Virus record (IMG/VR): IMGVR_UViG_2703718853_000003
Span: 1-33,263 of that record
Length of the DNA stretch: 33,263 bases
From: a virus
Taxonomy: Duplodnaviria; Heunggongvirae; Uroviricota; Caudoviricetes
Direction: 5' to 3' (one strand)
Shown: positions 8,192-17,378 of the stretch, one piece after another
Layout: the number at the start of each line of letters is the position of its first letter
Numbering within the stretch: the stretch's first letter is position 1
Made by a program: the position numbers and the translations under genes
The notes under the pieces: model-generated
What the model saw: only the letters and a program-made list of their open reading frames with translations
Database searches by the model: none
What the model was told of the DNA's origin: nothing

Positions 8192-9226
8192 TCAGTCGTT
8201 GTCAGTGTCCAGTGAGTAGTTTTTAAAGCGGATGACCTCCTGACCGAGCCAGCCGTTTATCTCGCGGATCCTGTCCTGTAACGGGATAAGCTCATTGCGG
8301 ACAAAGACCTTTGCCACTTTCTCAATATCCCCCAGTGACCCGACGTTCTCCGGCTTGCCGCCCATCAACTGAAAGGGGATGCGGTGTGCGTCCAGCAGAT
8401 CTGCGGCGCTGACTTTTTTGATATTAAAAAAATCGTCCTTCGTTGCCACTTCACTGAGCGGGATAATTTTAATGCCGTCGGCTTTCCCCTGTGGGGCATA
8501 GAGAAACAGATTTTTAAAGTTGTTGCGGCCTTTCGACTTAACCATGTTTTCGCGAAGCATTTCGATATCGTTGCGATCCTGCACGGCATCGGTGACGTAC
8601 ATGATATATCCGGCATGAGCACCGTTTTCGTAATACTTGCGGCGAAACAGCGTGGCCGACTCATTCAGCCAGGCAGAGTTAAGGGCGCTGAGATATTCCG
8701 GCAGGCCGTACAGCTCCTGATTAATATCCGGCTCCAGCAGGTGAAACACGGAGCCGGGCGTGAAAGGTGTCGGCTCGTTGAAGGACGGCACCCACCAGTA
8801 AACATCCTCCTCCACGCCACGGCGGGTATATTTTGCCGGTGAGGTTTCCAGTCTGATGACCTTACCGGTGGTGCTGTAACGCTTTTCCAGAAACGCATTA
8901 CCGAACACCAGAAAATCCAGCACAAAGCGGCTGAAATCCTGCTGAGAAAGCCACGGATGCGGGATAAATGTTGAGGCCAGAATATTACGTTTGACGTAAA
9001 TCGGTGAGCTGTGATGCACGGCAGCACGCAGGCTTTTTGCCAGACCGGTAAAGCTGACCGGTGGCTCATACCATCTGCCGTTACTGATGCACTCGACGTA
9101 ATCCAGAATGTCACGGCGGTCGAGTACCGGCACCGGCTCACCAAAGGTGAATGCCTCCATTTTCGGGGCGCTGGCGGTCATTGTTTTTGCCGCAGGTCGC
9201 GGTGTTTTCCCTTTTTTCTTGCTCAT
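8192..9226 (-). CDS. Q: Portal protein (gpQ)
   Basis: 344 aa, the length I recall for P2 Q; minus strand next to cos, directly downstream of P. Confidence 0.85.
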   Translation of the reverse strand: MSKKKGKTPRPAAKTMTASAPKMEAFTFGEPVPVLDRRDILDYVECISNGRWYEPPVSFTGLAKSLRAAVHHSSPIYVKRNILASTFIPHPWLSQQDFSRFVLDFLVFGNAFLEKRYSTTGKVIRLETSPAKYTRRGVEEDVYWWVPSFNEPTPFTPGSVFHLLEPDINQELYGLPEYLSALNSAWLNESATLFRRKYYENGAHAGYIMYVTDAVQDRNDIEMLRENMVKSKGRNNFKNLFLYAPQGKADGIKIIPLSEVATKDDFFNIKKVSAADLLDAHRIPFQLMGGKPENVGSLGDIEKVAKVFVRNELIPLQDRIREINGWLGQEVIRFKNYSLDTDND

Positions 9227-10998
9227 CAGTAAAACTCCAGAATGGTGGATGTCAGCGGGGTGCTGATACCGGCGGTGAGTGGCTCATTTAACAGGGCGTG
9301 CATGGTCGCCCAGGCGAGGTCGGCGTGGCTGGCTTCCTCGCTGCGGCTGGCCTCATAGGTGGCGCTGCGTCCGCTGCTGGTCATGGTCTTGCGGATAGCC
9401 ATAAACGAGCTGGTGATGTCGGTGGCGCTGACGTCATATTCCAGACAGCCACGGCGGATAACGTCTTTTGCCTTGAGCACCATTGCGGTTTTCATTTCCG
9501 GCGTGTAGCGGATGTCGCGCGCGGCGGGATAGAACGAGCGCACGAGCTGGAACACGCCGACACCGAGGCCGGTGGCATCAATACCGATGTATTCGACGTT
9601 GTATTTTTCGGTGAGTTTGCGGATGGATTCCGCCTGAGTGGCAAAGTCCATGCCTTTCCACTGGTGACGCTCAAGTATTCTGAATTTGCCACCGGCCACC
9701 ACCGGCGGTGCCAGTACCACGCATCCGGCGCTGTCGCCACGGTGTGACGGGTCGTAACCAATCCATACCGGGCGGGAGCCGAACGGATTCGCGGCAAACG
9801 GCGCATAGTCTTCCCATTCTTCCAGCGTGTCGACCATGCAGCGTTGCAGCTCCTCGAACGGGAACACCGACGCCTTGTCGTCAACAAATTCACACATGAA
9901 CAGGTTTTTAAAATCGTCGGCGCTGTTTTCGCGTTTGAGCTGCTCAATGTCGAACAGCGTGCAGCCGCCTTTCAGGGCGTCCTCAATGGTGACAATCTGC
10001 CGCCACTGGCCGTCCGCACAGAGAAGTCCACCGGCAAGGGCGTTATGACTGACGTCGATTTCCACGCGTTCGGCGGCGCTGGCGCGTCCCCGGTTAAACA
10101 GTTCACCCGACCAGAACGGGTAGGCGTCGTGCGCCAGCGTGGACGGGGTGGAGAAATAGGTCGAACGCAGGTGACTCTGTGAGGCCATACCTGATGCCAC
10201 CTTACGCAGTACCTGAAAATTCGGGATCCAGAAAATCTCGTCGACGTACAGGTCGCCGTTATGGCTCTGTGCGGTGTTGGAGTTGGTGCCGAGAAAAATT
10301 AGTTTTGCGCCGTTATTGCCCAGGACAATCGGGTCACCGGTCAGGTCAACGTCAACCAGACGGGCAAAGGCGATGATGTATTCGCGGAACACATACGCCT
10401 GCGTTTTACTGGCCGACAGAAAAATCTGGTTATGGCCGGTTTTCAGGGCGCGCAGCAGCGCCTCGCGGGAAAAATAAAACGTTGCGCCAATCTGGCGGGA
10501 TTTCAGGATATCGCGGATGCGGTGCTCAAGCCCGGCGCGATACCAGTGCAACTGATAGTCGAAAGACTGCTCAAAGAAAATCTGCTCCAGCTTTTCGATG
10601 GCTTCGTCACTGAAAAAATTCTTTTTCGGTTTGCGACGCCCGCCTTTGTTGCGGTTAGCGACGTTCGGATTAAGGTCTGCCTCGTTGCCGGTCTGACTGT
10701 AACGGTTGACCCGTGCCAGTCGTTCAATCTGGCGTCCGAGCAGGTCAATTTCCTTGAAGTCACCGCCGGTTTTCTGCGGTTTGATGATGAGCTGGGTCAG
10801 CCGCGCTTCCAGACTCATTTCGACACGGCTGATGGGGGCAACACTGTCCCAGCCGTCGCGCTGTTTCCAGCTCTGCACCGTCGGGCGTTTCATCTGCAAC
10901 ATGGCGGCAATCTGCGGCACGGAAAACCCCTGCCAGTACAGCAGCGCCGCCTGACGACGCGGGTCGTGTAAAAGAGTGGTGTCTGTGGTGATGGTCAT
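9226..10998 (-). CDS. P: Terminase large (ATPase) subunit (gpP)
   Basis: About 590 aa from ATG 10998 (MTITTDTTLL) preceded by GAGG. The ORF-track start at 11028 is a TTG. Confidence 0.85.
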   Translation of the reverse strand: MTITTDTTLLHDPRRQAALLYWQGFSVPQIAAMLQMKRPTVQSWKQRDGWDSVAPISRVEMSLEARLTQLIIKPQKTGGDFKEIDLLGRQIERLARVNRYSQTGNEADLNPNVANRNKGGRRKPKKNFFSDEAIEKLEQIFFEQSFDYQLHWYRAGLEHRIRDILKSRQIGATFYFSREALLRALKTGHNQIFLSASKTQAYVFREYIIAFARLVDVDLTGDPIVLGNNGAKLIFLGTNSNTAQSHNGDLYVDEIFWIPNFQVLRKVASGMASQSHLRSTYFSTPSTLAHDAYPFWSGELFNRGRASAAERVEIDVSHNALAGGLLCADGQWRQIVTIEDALKGGCTLFDIEQLKRENSADDFKNLFMCEFVDDKASVFPFEELQRCMVDTLEEWEDYAPFAANPFGSRPVWIGYDPSHRGDSAGCVVLAPPVVAGGKFRILERHQWKGMDFATQAESIRKLTEKYNVEYIGIDATGLGVGVFQLVRSFYPAARDIRYTPEMKTAMVLKAKDVIRRGCLEYDVSATDITSSFMAIRKTMTSSGRSATYEASRSEEASHADLAWATMHALLNEPLTAGISTPLTSTILEFY

Positions 10999-11171
10999 GA
11001 ATACCTCGCCGTGATGAATACACGGCAAGGCTACTGAGTCGCGCCCCGCGATTCGCTAAGGTGCTGTTGTGTCAGTGATAAGCCATCCGGGACTGATGGC
11101 GGAGGATGCGCATCGTCGGGAAACTGATGCCGACATGTGACTCCTCTAATCACTATTCAGGACTCCTGACA

Positions 11172-12026
11172 ATGGCAAAAAAAGTCTCAAAATTCTTTCG
11201 TATCGGCGTTGAGGGTGACACCTGTGACGGGCGTGTCATCAGTGCGCAGGATATTCAGGAAATGGCCGAAACCTTTGACCCGCGAGTCTATGGTTGCCGC
11301 ATTAACCTGGAACATCTGCGCGGCATCCTGCCTGACGGTATTTTTAAGCGTTATGGCGATGTGGTCGAACTGAAGGCCGAAAAGATTGACGATGATTCGG
11401 CGCTGAAAGGCAAATGGGCGCTGTTTGCGAAAATCACCCCGACCGATGACCTTATCGCGATGAACAAGGCCGCGCAGAAGGTCTATACCTCAATGGAAAT
11501 TCAGCCGAACTTTGCCAATACAGGCAAATGTTATCTGGTGGGTCTGGCCGTCACCGATGACCCGGCAAGCCTCGGCACGGAATACCTGGAATTCTGCCGC
11601 ACGGCAAAACACAACCCTCTGAACCGCTTCAAATTAAGCCCTGAAAACCTGATTTCAGTGGCAACGCCTGTTGAGCTGGAATTTGAAGACCTGCCTGAAA
11701 CCGTGTTCACCGCCCTGACCGAAAAGGTGAAATCCATTTTTGGCCGCAAACAGGCCAGCGATGACGCCCGTCTGAATGACGTGCATGAAGCGGTGACCGC
11801 TGTTGCTGAACATGTGCAGGAAAAGCTGAGCGCCACTGAGCAGCGACTCGCTGAGATGGAAACCGCCTTTTCCGCACTTAAGCAGGAGGTGACTGACAGG
11901 GCGGATGAAACCAGCCAGGCATTCAGCCGCCTGAAAAACAGTCTCGACAACACCGAAAGTCTGATCCAGCAGCGCCGCAGCAAGGCCACCGGTGGTGGCG
12001 GTGACGCCCTGATGACGAACTGCTGA
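11172..12026 (+). CDS. O: Capsid scaffolding protein (gpO)
   Basis: 284 aa from ATG 11172 (MAKKVSKFF); divergent from P, with coiled-coil-like C-terminal half. Confidence 0.85.
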   Translation: MAKKVSKFFRIGVEGDTCDGRVISAQDIQEMAETFDPRVYGCRINLEHLRGILPDGIFKRYGDVVELKAEKIDDDSALKGKWALFAKITPTDDLIAMNKAAQKVYTSMEIQPNFANTGKCYLVGLAVTDDPASLGTEYLEFCRTAKHNPLNRFKLSPENLISVATPVELEFEDLPETVFTALTEKVKSIFGRKQASDDARLNDVHEAVTAVAEHVQEKLSATEQRLAEMETAFSALKQEVTDRADETSQAFSRLKNSLDNTESLIQQRRSKATGGGGDALMTNC

Positions 12027-12084
12027 CCGGCGTCAGTCAGTCCGGGAAAACCTTCACGATTACCCCTTAATTTCAGGAACAAAT

Positions 12085-13158
12085 ATGCGCCAGGAAACCC
12101 GTTTTAAATTTAATGCCTACCTGTCCCGTGTTGCCGAACTGAACGGCATCGACGCCGGTGATGTGTCGAAAAAATTCACCGTTGAACCGTCGGTCACCCA
12201 GACCCTGATGAACACCATGCAGGAGTCCTCTGACTTTCTGACCCGCATCAACATTGTGCCGGTCAGCGAAATGAAAGGGGAAAAAATTGGTATCGGTGTC
12301 ACCGGCTCCATCGCCAGCACCACCGACACCGCCGGTGGCACCGAGCGTCAGCCGAAGGACTTCTCGAAGCTGGCGTCCAACAAGTACGAATGCGACCAGA
12401 TTAATTTCGATTTTTATATCCGCTACAAAACGCTGGACCTGTGGGCGCGTTATCAGGATTTCCAGCTCCGTATCCGTAACGCCATTATCAAGCGTCAGTC
12501 CCTTGATTTCATCATGGCCGGTTTTAACGGCGTGAAGCGTGCCGAAAACTCTGACCGCAGCAGTAATCCGATGCTGCAGGATGTGGCGGTCGGCTGGCTG
12601 CAGAAATACCGCAATGAAGCCCCGGCGCGCGTGATGAGCAAGGTCACTGACGAGGAAGGTCACACGACCTCTGAGGTCATCCGCGTGGGTAAGGGCGGTG
12701 ATTATGCCAGCCTTGATGCACTGGTGATGGATGCGACCAACAACCTGATTGAACCGTGGTATCAGGAAGACCCTGACCTTGTGGTGATTGTGGGTCGTCA
12801 GCTACTGGCGGACAAGTATTTCCCCATCGTTAACAAGGAGCAGGACAACAGCGAAATGCTGGCCGCTGACGTCATCATCAGCCAGAAACGCATCGGTAAC
12901 CTGCCGGCGGTACGCGTCCCGTACTTCCCGGCGGATGCGATGCTCATCACGAAGCTGGAAAACCTGTCCATCTACTACATGGATGACAGCCATCGCCGCG
13001 TGATTGAGGAAAACCCGAAACTCGACCGCGTGGAGAACTACGAGTCAATGAACATTGATTACGTGGTGGAAGACTACGCCGCCGGTTGTCTGGTGGAAAA
13101 AATTAAGGTCGGTGATTTCTCCACACTGGCTAAAGCGACCGCAGAGCCGGGAGCGTAA
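12085..13158 (+). CDS. N: Major capsid protein (gpN)
   Basis: 357 aa, the length I recall for P2 N; follows O. Confidence 0.9.
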   Translation: MRQETRFKFNAYLSRVAELNGIDAGDVSKKFTVEPSVTQTLMNTMQESSDFLTRINIVPVSEMKGEKIGIGVTGSIASTTDTAGGTERQPKDFSKLASNKYECDQINFDFYIRYKTLDLWARYQDFQLRIRNAIIKRQSLDFIMAGFNGVKRAENSDRSSNPMLQDVAVGWLQKYRNEAPARVMSKVTDEEGHTTSEVIRVGKGGDYASLDALVMDATNNLIEPWYQEDPDLVVIVGRQLLADKYFPIVNKEQDNSEMLAADVIISQKRIGNLPAVRVPYFPADAMLITKLENLSIYYMDDSHRRVIEENPKLDRVENYESMNIDYVVEDYAAGCLVEKIKVGDFSTLAKATAEPGA

Positions 13159-13161
13159 CCG

Positions 13162-13905
13162 ATGACGAGTCCCGCACAGCGCCACATGATGCGGGTCTCG
13201 GCAGCGATGACCGCGCAGCGGGAAGCCGCCCCGCTGCGACATGCAACTGTCTATGAGCAGATGCTGGTTAAGCTCGCCGCAGACCAGCGCACACTGAAAG
13301 CGATTTATTCAAAAGAGCTGAAGGCCGCGAAAAAACGCGAACTGCTGCCGTTCTGGTTGCCGTGGGTGAACGGCGTGCTGGAGCAGGGCAAAGGTGCACA
13401 GGATGACATTCTGATGACGGTCATGCTGTGGCGTCTGGATACCGGCGATATTGCCGGTGCGCTGGAGATTGCCCGTTATGCCCTGAAGTACGGTCTGACC
13501 ATGCCGGGTAAACACCGCCGTACCCCGCCGTACATGTTCACCGAGGAGGTAGCGCTTGCGGCCATGCGCGCTCACGCTGCCGGTGAGTCTGTGGATACCC
13601 GCCTGCTGACGGAGACCCTTGAACTGACCGCCACGGCTGACATGCCTGATGAAGTGCGCGCAAAGCTGCACAAAATTACCGGTCTGTTTCTGCGTGACGG
13701 TGGTGATGCCGCCGGTGCGCTGGCGCACCTGCAACGTGCGACACAGCTCGACTGTCAGGCAGGCGTCAAAAAAGAGATTGAACGACTGGAGCGGGAACTG
13801 AAACCGAAGCCGGAGCCGCAGCCAAAAGCGGCCACCCGCGCCCCGCGTAAGACCCGGAGCGTGGCACCGGCAAAACGTGGACGCCCGAAAAAGAAAGCCA
13901 GTTAA
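13162..13905 (+). CDS. M: Terminase small/endonuclease subunit (gpM)
   Basis: 247 aa, the length I recall for P2 M; basic K/R-rich C-terminus. Confidence 0.85.
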   Translation: MTSPAQRHMMRVSAAMTAQREAAPLRHATVYEQMLVKLAADQRTLKAIYSKELKAAKKRELLPFWLPWVNGVLEQGKGAQDDILMTVMLWRLDTGDIAGALEIARYALKYGLTMPGKHRRTPPYMFTEEVALAAMRAHAAGESVDTRLLTETLELTATADMPDEVRAKLHKITGLFLRDGGDAAGALAHLQRATQLDCQAGVKKEIERLERELKPKPEPQPKAATRAPRKTRSVAPAKRGRPKKKAS

Positions 13906-14004
13906 CAACCGAATGCGCCCCGCGCCAGGGCGGCACGCCGGTCAGTGAGGGTGAATCACCTGACACTGCACCGGCGTCCACCGCCCGACTTTTCAGAGGT
14001 AGTC

Positions 14005-14514
14005 ATGATGACGCTGATTATTCCGCGAAAGGAGGCTCCCGTGTCCGGTGAGGGTACGGTGGTCATCCCGCAACCGGCAGGCGACGAGCCGGTGATTAAA
14101 AACACGTTCTTTTTTCCCGATATCGACCCGAAGCGCGTCCGGGAACGTATGCGCCTTGAGCAGACCGTCGCCCCCGCCCGTCTGCGTGAGGCCATCAAGT
14201 CAGGTATGGCGGAGACGAATGCGGAGCTGTACGAGTACCGCGAACAGAAAATTGCCGCCGGTTTTACGCGTCTGGCGGACGTCCCGGCGGACGACATCGA
14301 CGGTGAAAGCATCAAAGTTTTTTACTACGAGCGCGCCGTGTGTGCGATGGCGACCGCGTCGCTTTATGAGCGTTATCGAGGCGTGGATGCCAGTGCGAAA
14401 GGTGACAAGAAGGCTGACAGCATTGACAGCACCATTGATGAACTGTGGCGGGATATGCGCTGGGCGGTGGCGCGTATCCAGGACAAGCCGCGCTGCATCG
14501 TGAGTCAAATCTGA
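14005..14514 (+). CDS. L: Head completion/stabilisation protein (gpL)
   Basis: 169 aa from ATG 14005 preceded by AGAGG; stop overlaps the X start. Confidence 0.8.
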   Translation: MMTLIIPRKEAPVSGEGTVVIPQPAGDEPVIKNTFFFPDIDPKRVRERMRLEQTVAPARLREAIKSGMAETNAELYEYREQKIAAGFTRLADVPADDIDGESIKVFYYERAVCAMATASLYERYRGVDASAKGDKKADSIDSTIDELWRDMRWAVARIQDKPRCIVSQI

Positions 14515-14717
14515 TGAAGACCTTTGCGCTACAGGGCGACACGCTCGACGCCATTTGTGTCTGGTATTACGGGCGCACTGAAGGCGTGGTTGAGACCGTG
14601 CTCGCCGCAAATCCGGGACTGGCTGAACTGGGTGCGGTGCTGCCACACGGCACCGCCGTCGAACTGCCCGACGTTCAGACCGCGCCCGTGGCTGAAACTG
14701 TCAATCTGTGGGAGTAA
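14514..14717 (+). CDS. X: Tail protein X
   Basis: 67 aa from ATG 14514 (MKTFALQGDTLDAI), the length I recall for P2 X. Confidence 0.8.
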   Translation: MKTFALQGDTLDAICVWYYGRTEGVVETVLAANPGLAELGAVLPHGTAVELPDVQTAPVAETVNLWE

Positions 14718-14720
14718 CGC

Positions 14721-15002
14721 ATGACAGCAGAAGAAAAAAGCGTCCTGTCGCTTTTCATGATTGGGGTGCTGATTGTTGTCGGCAAGGTGCTTGCCGGTGG
14801 TGAACCCATCACCCCGCGTCTGTTTATCGGGCGCATGTTGCTCGGTGGTTTTGTCTCGATGGTTGCCGGTGTTGTTCTGGTGCAGTTTCCTGACCTGTCA
14901 CTGCCTGCGGTGTGCGGTATCGGCTCCATGCTGGGTATCGCCGGTTATCAGGTGATTGAGATTGCCATTCAGCGCCGCTTTAAGGGCAGGGGGAAACCGT
15001 AA
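14721..15002 (+). CDS. Y: Holin (gpY)
   Basis: 93 aa with hydrophobic TM segments, first gene of the lysis cassette. Confidence 0.85.
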   Translation: MTAEEKSVLSLFMIGVLIVVGKVLAGGEPITPRLFIGRMLLGGFVSMVAGVVLVQFPDLSLPAVCGIGSMLGIAGYQVIEIAIQRRFKGRGKP

Positions 15003-15499
15003 TGCCGGTAATTAACACGCACCAGAATATCGCCGCCTTTCTCGACATGCTGGCCGTGTCCGAAGGGACGGCGAATCATCCGCTGACGAAAAACCGGGGC
15101 TATGACGTGATAGTCACCGGACTGGACGGGAAGCCGGAAATTTTCACCGACTACAGTGACCACCCGTTCGCGCATGGCCGACCGGCGAAGGTGTTTAACC
15201 GTCGCGGTGAAAAATCCACGGCCTCCGGTCGCTATCAGCAGCTTTACCTGTTCTGGCCGCATTACCGCAAACAGCTTGCCCTGCCGGATTTCAGTCCGTT
15301 GTCACAGGACAGACTCGCCATTCAGTTGATCCGCGAACGCGGTGCACTGGATGACATCCGGGCGGGACGCATTGAGCGCGCCATTTCACGCTGTCGCAAT
15401 ATCTGGGCGTCCCTGCCGGGTGCCGGTTACGGTCAGCGTGAGCATTCACTGGAAAAACTGGTCACCGTCTGGCGTACCGCTGGCGGCGTACCGGCTTAA
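15002..15499 (+). CDS. K: Endolysin (gpK)
   Basis: 165 aa, the length I recall for P2 K, directly after the holin. Confidence 0.85.
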   Translation: MPVINTHQNIAAFLDMLAVSEGTANHPLTKNRGYDVIVTGLDGKPEIFTDYSDHPFAHGRPAKVFNRRGEKSTASGRYQQLYLFWPHYRKQLALPDFSPLSQDRLAIQLIRERGALDDIRAGRIERAISRCRNIWASLPGAGYGQREHSLEKLVTVWRTAGGVPA

Positions 15500-15513
15500 A
15501 CGGAGTAAACACC

Positions 15514-15939
15514 ATGAAGAAATTATCCCTTTCACTGATGCTGAACGTGTCGCTGGCGCTGATGCTGGCACTGTCCCTGATTTACCCGCAGAGCGTGGCC
15601 GTCAGTTTTGTCGCTGCCTGGGCGATTCTGGCGACGGTTATCTGTGTGGTTGCCGGTGGTGTCGGCGTGTATGCCACGGAGTATGTGCTGGAACGCTACG
15701 GGCGGGAGCTGCCGCCGGAATCGCTGGCCGTGAAGATTGTCACGTCGCTGTTTTTGCAGCCGGTGCCGTGGCGCAGACGGGCGGCGGCTCTGGTGGTGAT
15801 GGTGGCAACGTTTATCTCGCTGGTCGCTGCCGGGTGGATTTTTAGCGCGCTGATTTATCTTGTGGTGTCGCTGTTTTTCCGGCTGATACGTAAAGCCTGT
15901 CGTCAGCGTCTTGAGGGGCGGGAATTATGTCAAAGCTGA
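15514..15939 (+). CDS. lysA: Lysis regulatory membrane protein LysA
   Basis: 141 aa, very hydrophobic multi-TM protein in the P2 LysA position. Confidence 0.8.
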   Translation: MKKLSLSLMLNVSLALMLALSLIYPQSVAVSFVAAWAILATVICVVAGGVGVYATEYVLERYGRELPPESLAVKIVTSLFLQPVPWRRRAAALVVMVATFISLVAAGWIFSALIYLVVSLFFRLIRKACRQRLEGRELCQS

Positions 15940-16352
15940 TGATTGTGCTGGTCGTGTTGTTATCGCTGGCGGTGGCGGGGCTGTTTCTGGCGAAGCATGA
16001 AAACGCCAGCCTGCGCGCCTCGCTGGACAGGGTGAACAACGTCGCCAGTGAACAGCAGGTGACCATCACCATGCTGAAAAATCAGCTTCATGTTGCCCTC
16101 ACCAGAGCAGACAAAAACGAGCTGGCGCAGGTGGCACTGCGTCAGGAACTGGAAAACGCCGCGAAGCGTGAAGCTCAGCGCGAGAAAACCATCACGAGAT
16201 TACTCAATGAAAACGAAGATTTTCGCCGCTGGTACGGTGCTGACCTGCCTGATGCTGTGCGCCGGTTGCACCAGCGCCCGGCCTGCGCAGACGCCAGTGA
16301 TTGTCCACAACGCCTGCCCGAAAGTGAGTCTTTGCCCGATGCCGGGCAGTGA
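15927..16352 (+). CDS. lysB: Rz-like spanin LysB (inner-membrane subunit)
   Basis: 141 aa with an N-terminal TM segment and coiled-coil body. Confidence 0.8.
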   Translation: MSKLMIVLVVLLSLAVAGLFLAKHENASLRASLDRVNNVASEQQVTITMLKNQLHVALTRADKNELAQVALRQELENAAKREAQREKTITRLLNENEDFRRWYGADLPDAVRRLHQRPACADASDCPQRLPESESLPDAGQ

Positions 16353-16497
16353 CCCGCAGAAGAACGGCGATTTAAGTGCCGATATCCGGCTGCTTGAGAA
16401 CGCGCTGGCACGCTGTGCCAGCCAGGTAAAAATGATTAAACACTGTCAGGACGAAAACGATGCTCAAACCCGACAGCCTGCGCAGGGCGCTGACTGA
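16207..16497 (+). CDS. lysC: Rz1-like outer-membrane lipoprotein spanin LysC, embedded in the +1 frame of lysB
   Basis: 96 aa from ATG 16207 (MKTKIFAAGTVLTCLMLCAGC). Signal peptide plus lipobox LCAGC. It starts inside lysB and runs past its end. Confidence 0.75.
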   Translation: MKTKIFAAGTVLTCLMLCAGCTSARPAQTPVIVHNACPKVSLCPMPGSDPQKNGDLSADIRLLENALARCASQVKMIKHCQDENDAQTRQPAQGAD

Positions 16498-16927
16498 TGC
16501 CGTCACGGTGCTGAAAACTAACCCCGATATGCTGCGGATATTCGTGGATAACGGGAGTATTGCCTCCACACTGGCGACGTCGCTGTCATTCGAAAAGCGT
16601 TACACGCTCAATGTCATTGTGACCGACTTTACCGGTGATTTTGACCTGCTCATTGTGCCGGTGCTGGCGTGGCTGCGGGAAAATCAGCCCGACATCATGA
16701 CCACCGACGAAGGCCAGAAAAAGGGCTTCACGTTTTATGCAGACATCAACAATGACAGCAGCTTTGATATCAGCATCAGCCTGATGCTGACCGAGCGCAC
16801 GCTGGTTAGTGAGGTGGACGGCGCGCTGCATGTGAAGAATATCCCGGAACCCACGCCGCCGGAGTCGGTCACCCGCCCGATGGAGCTTTATATCAATGGC
16901 GAACTGGTGAGCAAGTGGGATGAATGA
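16460..16927 (+). CDS. R: Tail completion protein R
   Basis: 155 aa, the length I recall for P2 R. Confidence 0.8.
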   Translation: MLKPDSLRRALTDAVTVLKTNPDMLRIFVDNGSIASTLATSLSFEKRYTLNVIVTDFTGDFDLLIVPVLAWLRENQPDIMTTDEGQKKGFTFYADINNDSSFDISISLMLTERTLVSEVDGALHVKNIPEPTPPESVTRPMELYINGELVSKWDE

Positions 16928-17378
16928 GTTTAAGCGTTTTGAAGACCGGCTGACCGGACTGACTGAATCGCTGTCACCGTCAGGGCGTCGGCGACTGGCG
17001 ATAGATATTGCGAAGAAGCTGCGTCAGCGCCAGCAGCAGCGAATTAAATTACAAAAAGCCCCGGATGGTACGCCGTATGTACCGAGAAAAAACCAACCAG
17101 TACGAAATAAGAAAGGCCGGATAAAGCGGGAAATGTTTGTGAAATTACGCACTAACCGGTTTATGAAAGCAACAGGTAGCGAGAGTGCGGCGGTGGTGGA
17201 GTTTGCCAGCGGAGTACAACGAATTGCGCGAGTACATCAATTAGGGCTTAGGGATAAGCCGGGGCGTAATAGTGCTGTGGTGGAATATCCTGTTCGTGAG
17301 TTATTTGGTTTTGACAAGGAATCTATACAATTGATAGAAAGGGAGTTATTAGTGATTCTATCGAAAGATGTTATATGA
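16920..17378 (+). CDS. S: Tail completion protein S
   Basis: 152 aa in the P2 S position; the 3' end runs into AT-rich sequence. Confidence 0.8.
   Translation: MNEFKRFEDRLTGLTESLSPSGRRRLAIDIAKKLRQRQQQRIKLQKAPDGTPYVPRKNQPVRNKKGRIKREMFVKLRTNRFMKATGSESAAVVEFASGVQRIARVHQLGLRDKPGRNSAVVEYPVRELFGFDKESIQLIERELLVILSKDVI

Noticed and set aside
8365-13981. Numerous 60-200-aa ORFs on the opposite strand or in alternate frames within Q, P, O, N and M (for example 8665..9144, 9492..9947, 12073..12663, 13309..13908)
   Set aside because: They lie entirely inside well-supported GC-rich structural genes and are the open antisense or alternate frames typical of high-GC coding sequence. They have no credible ribosome-binding sites.
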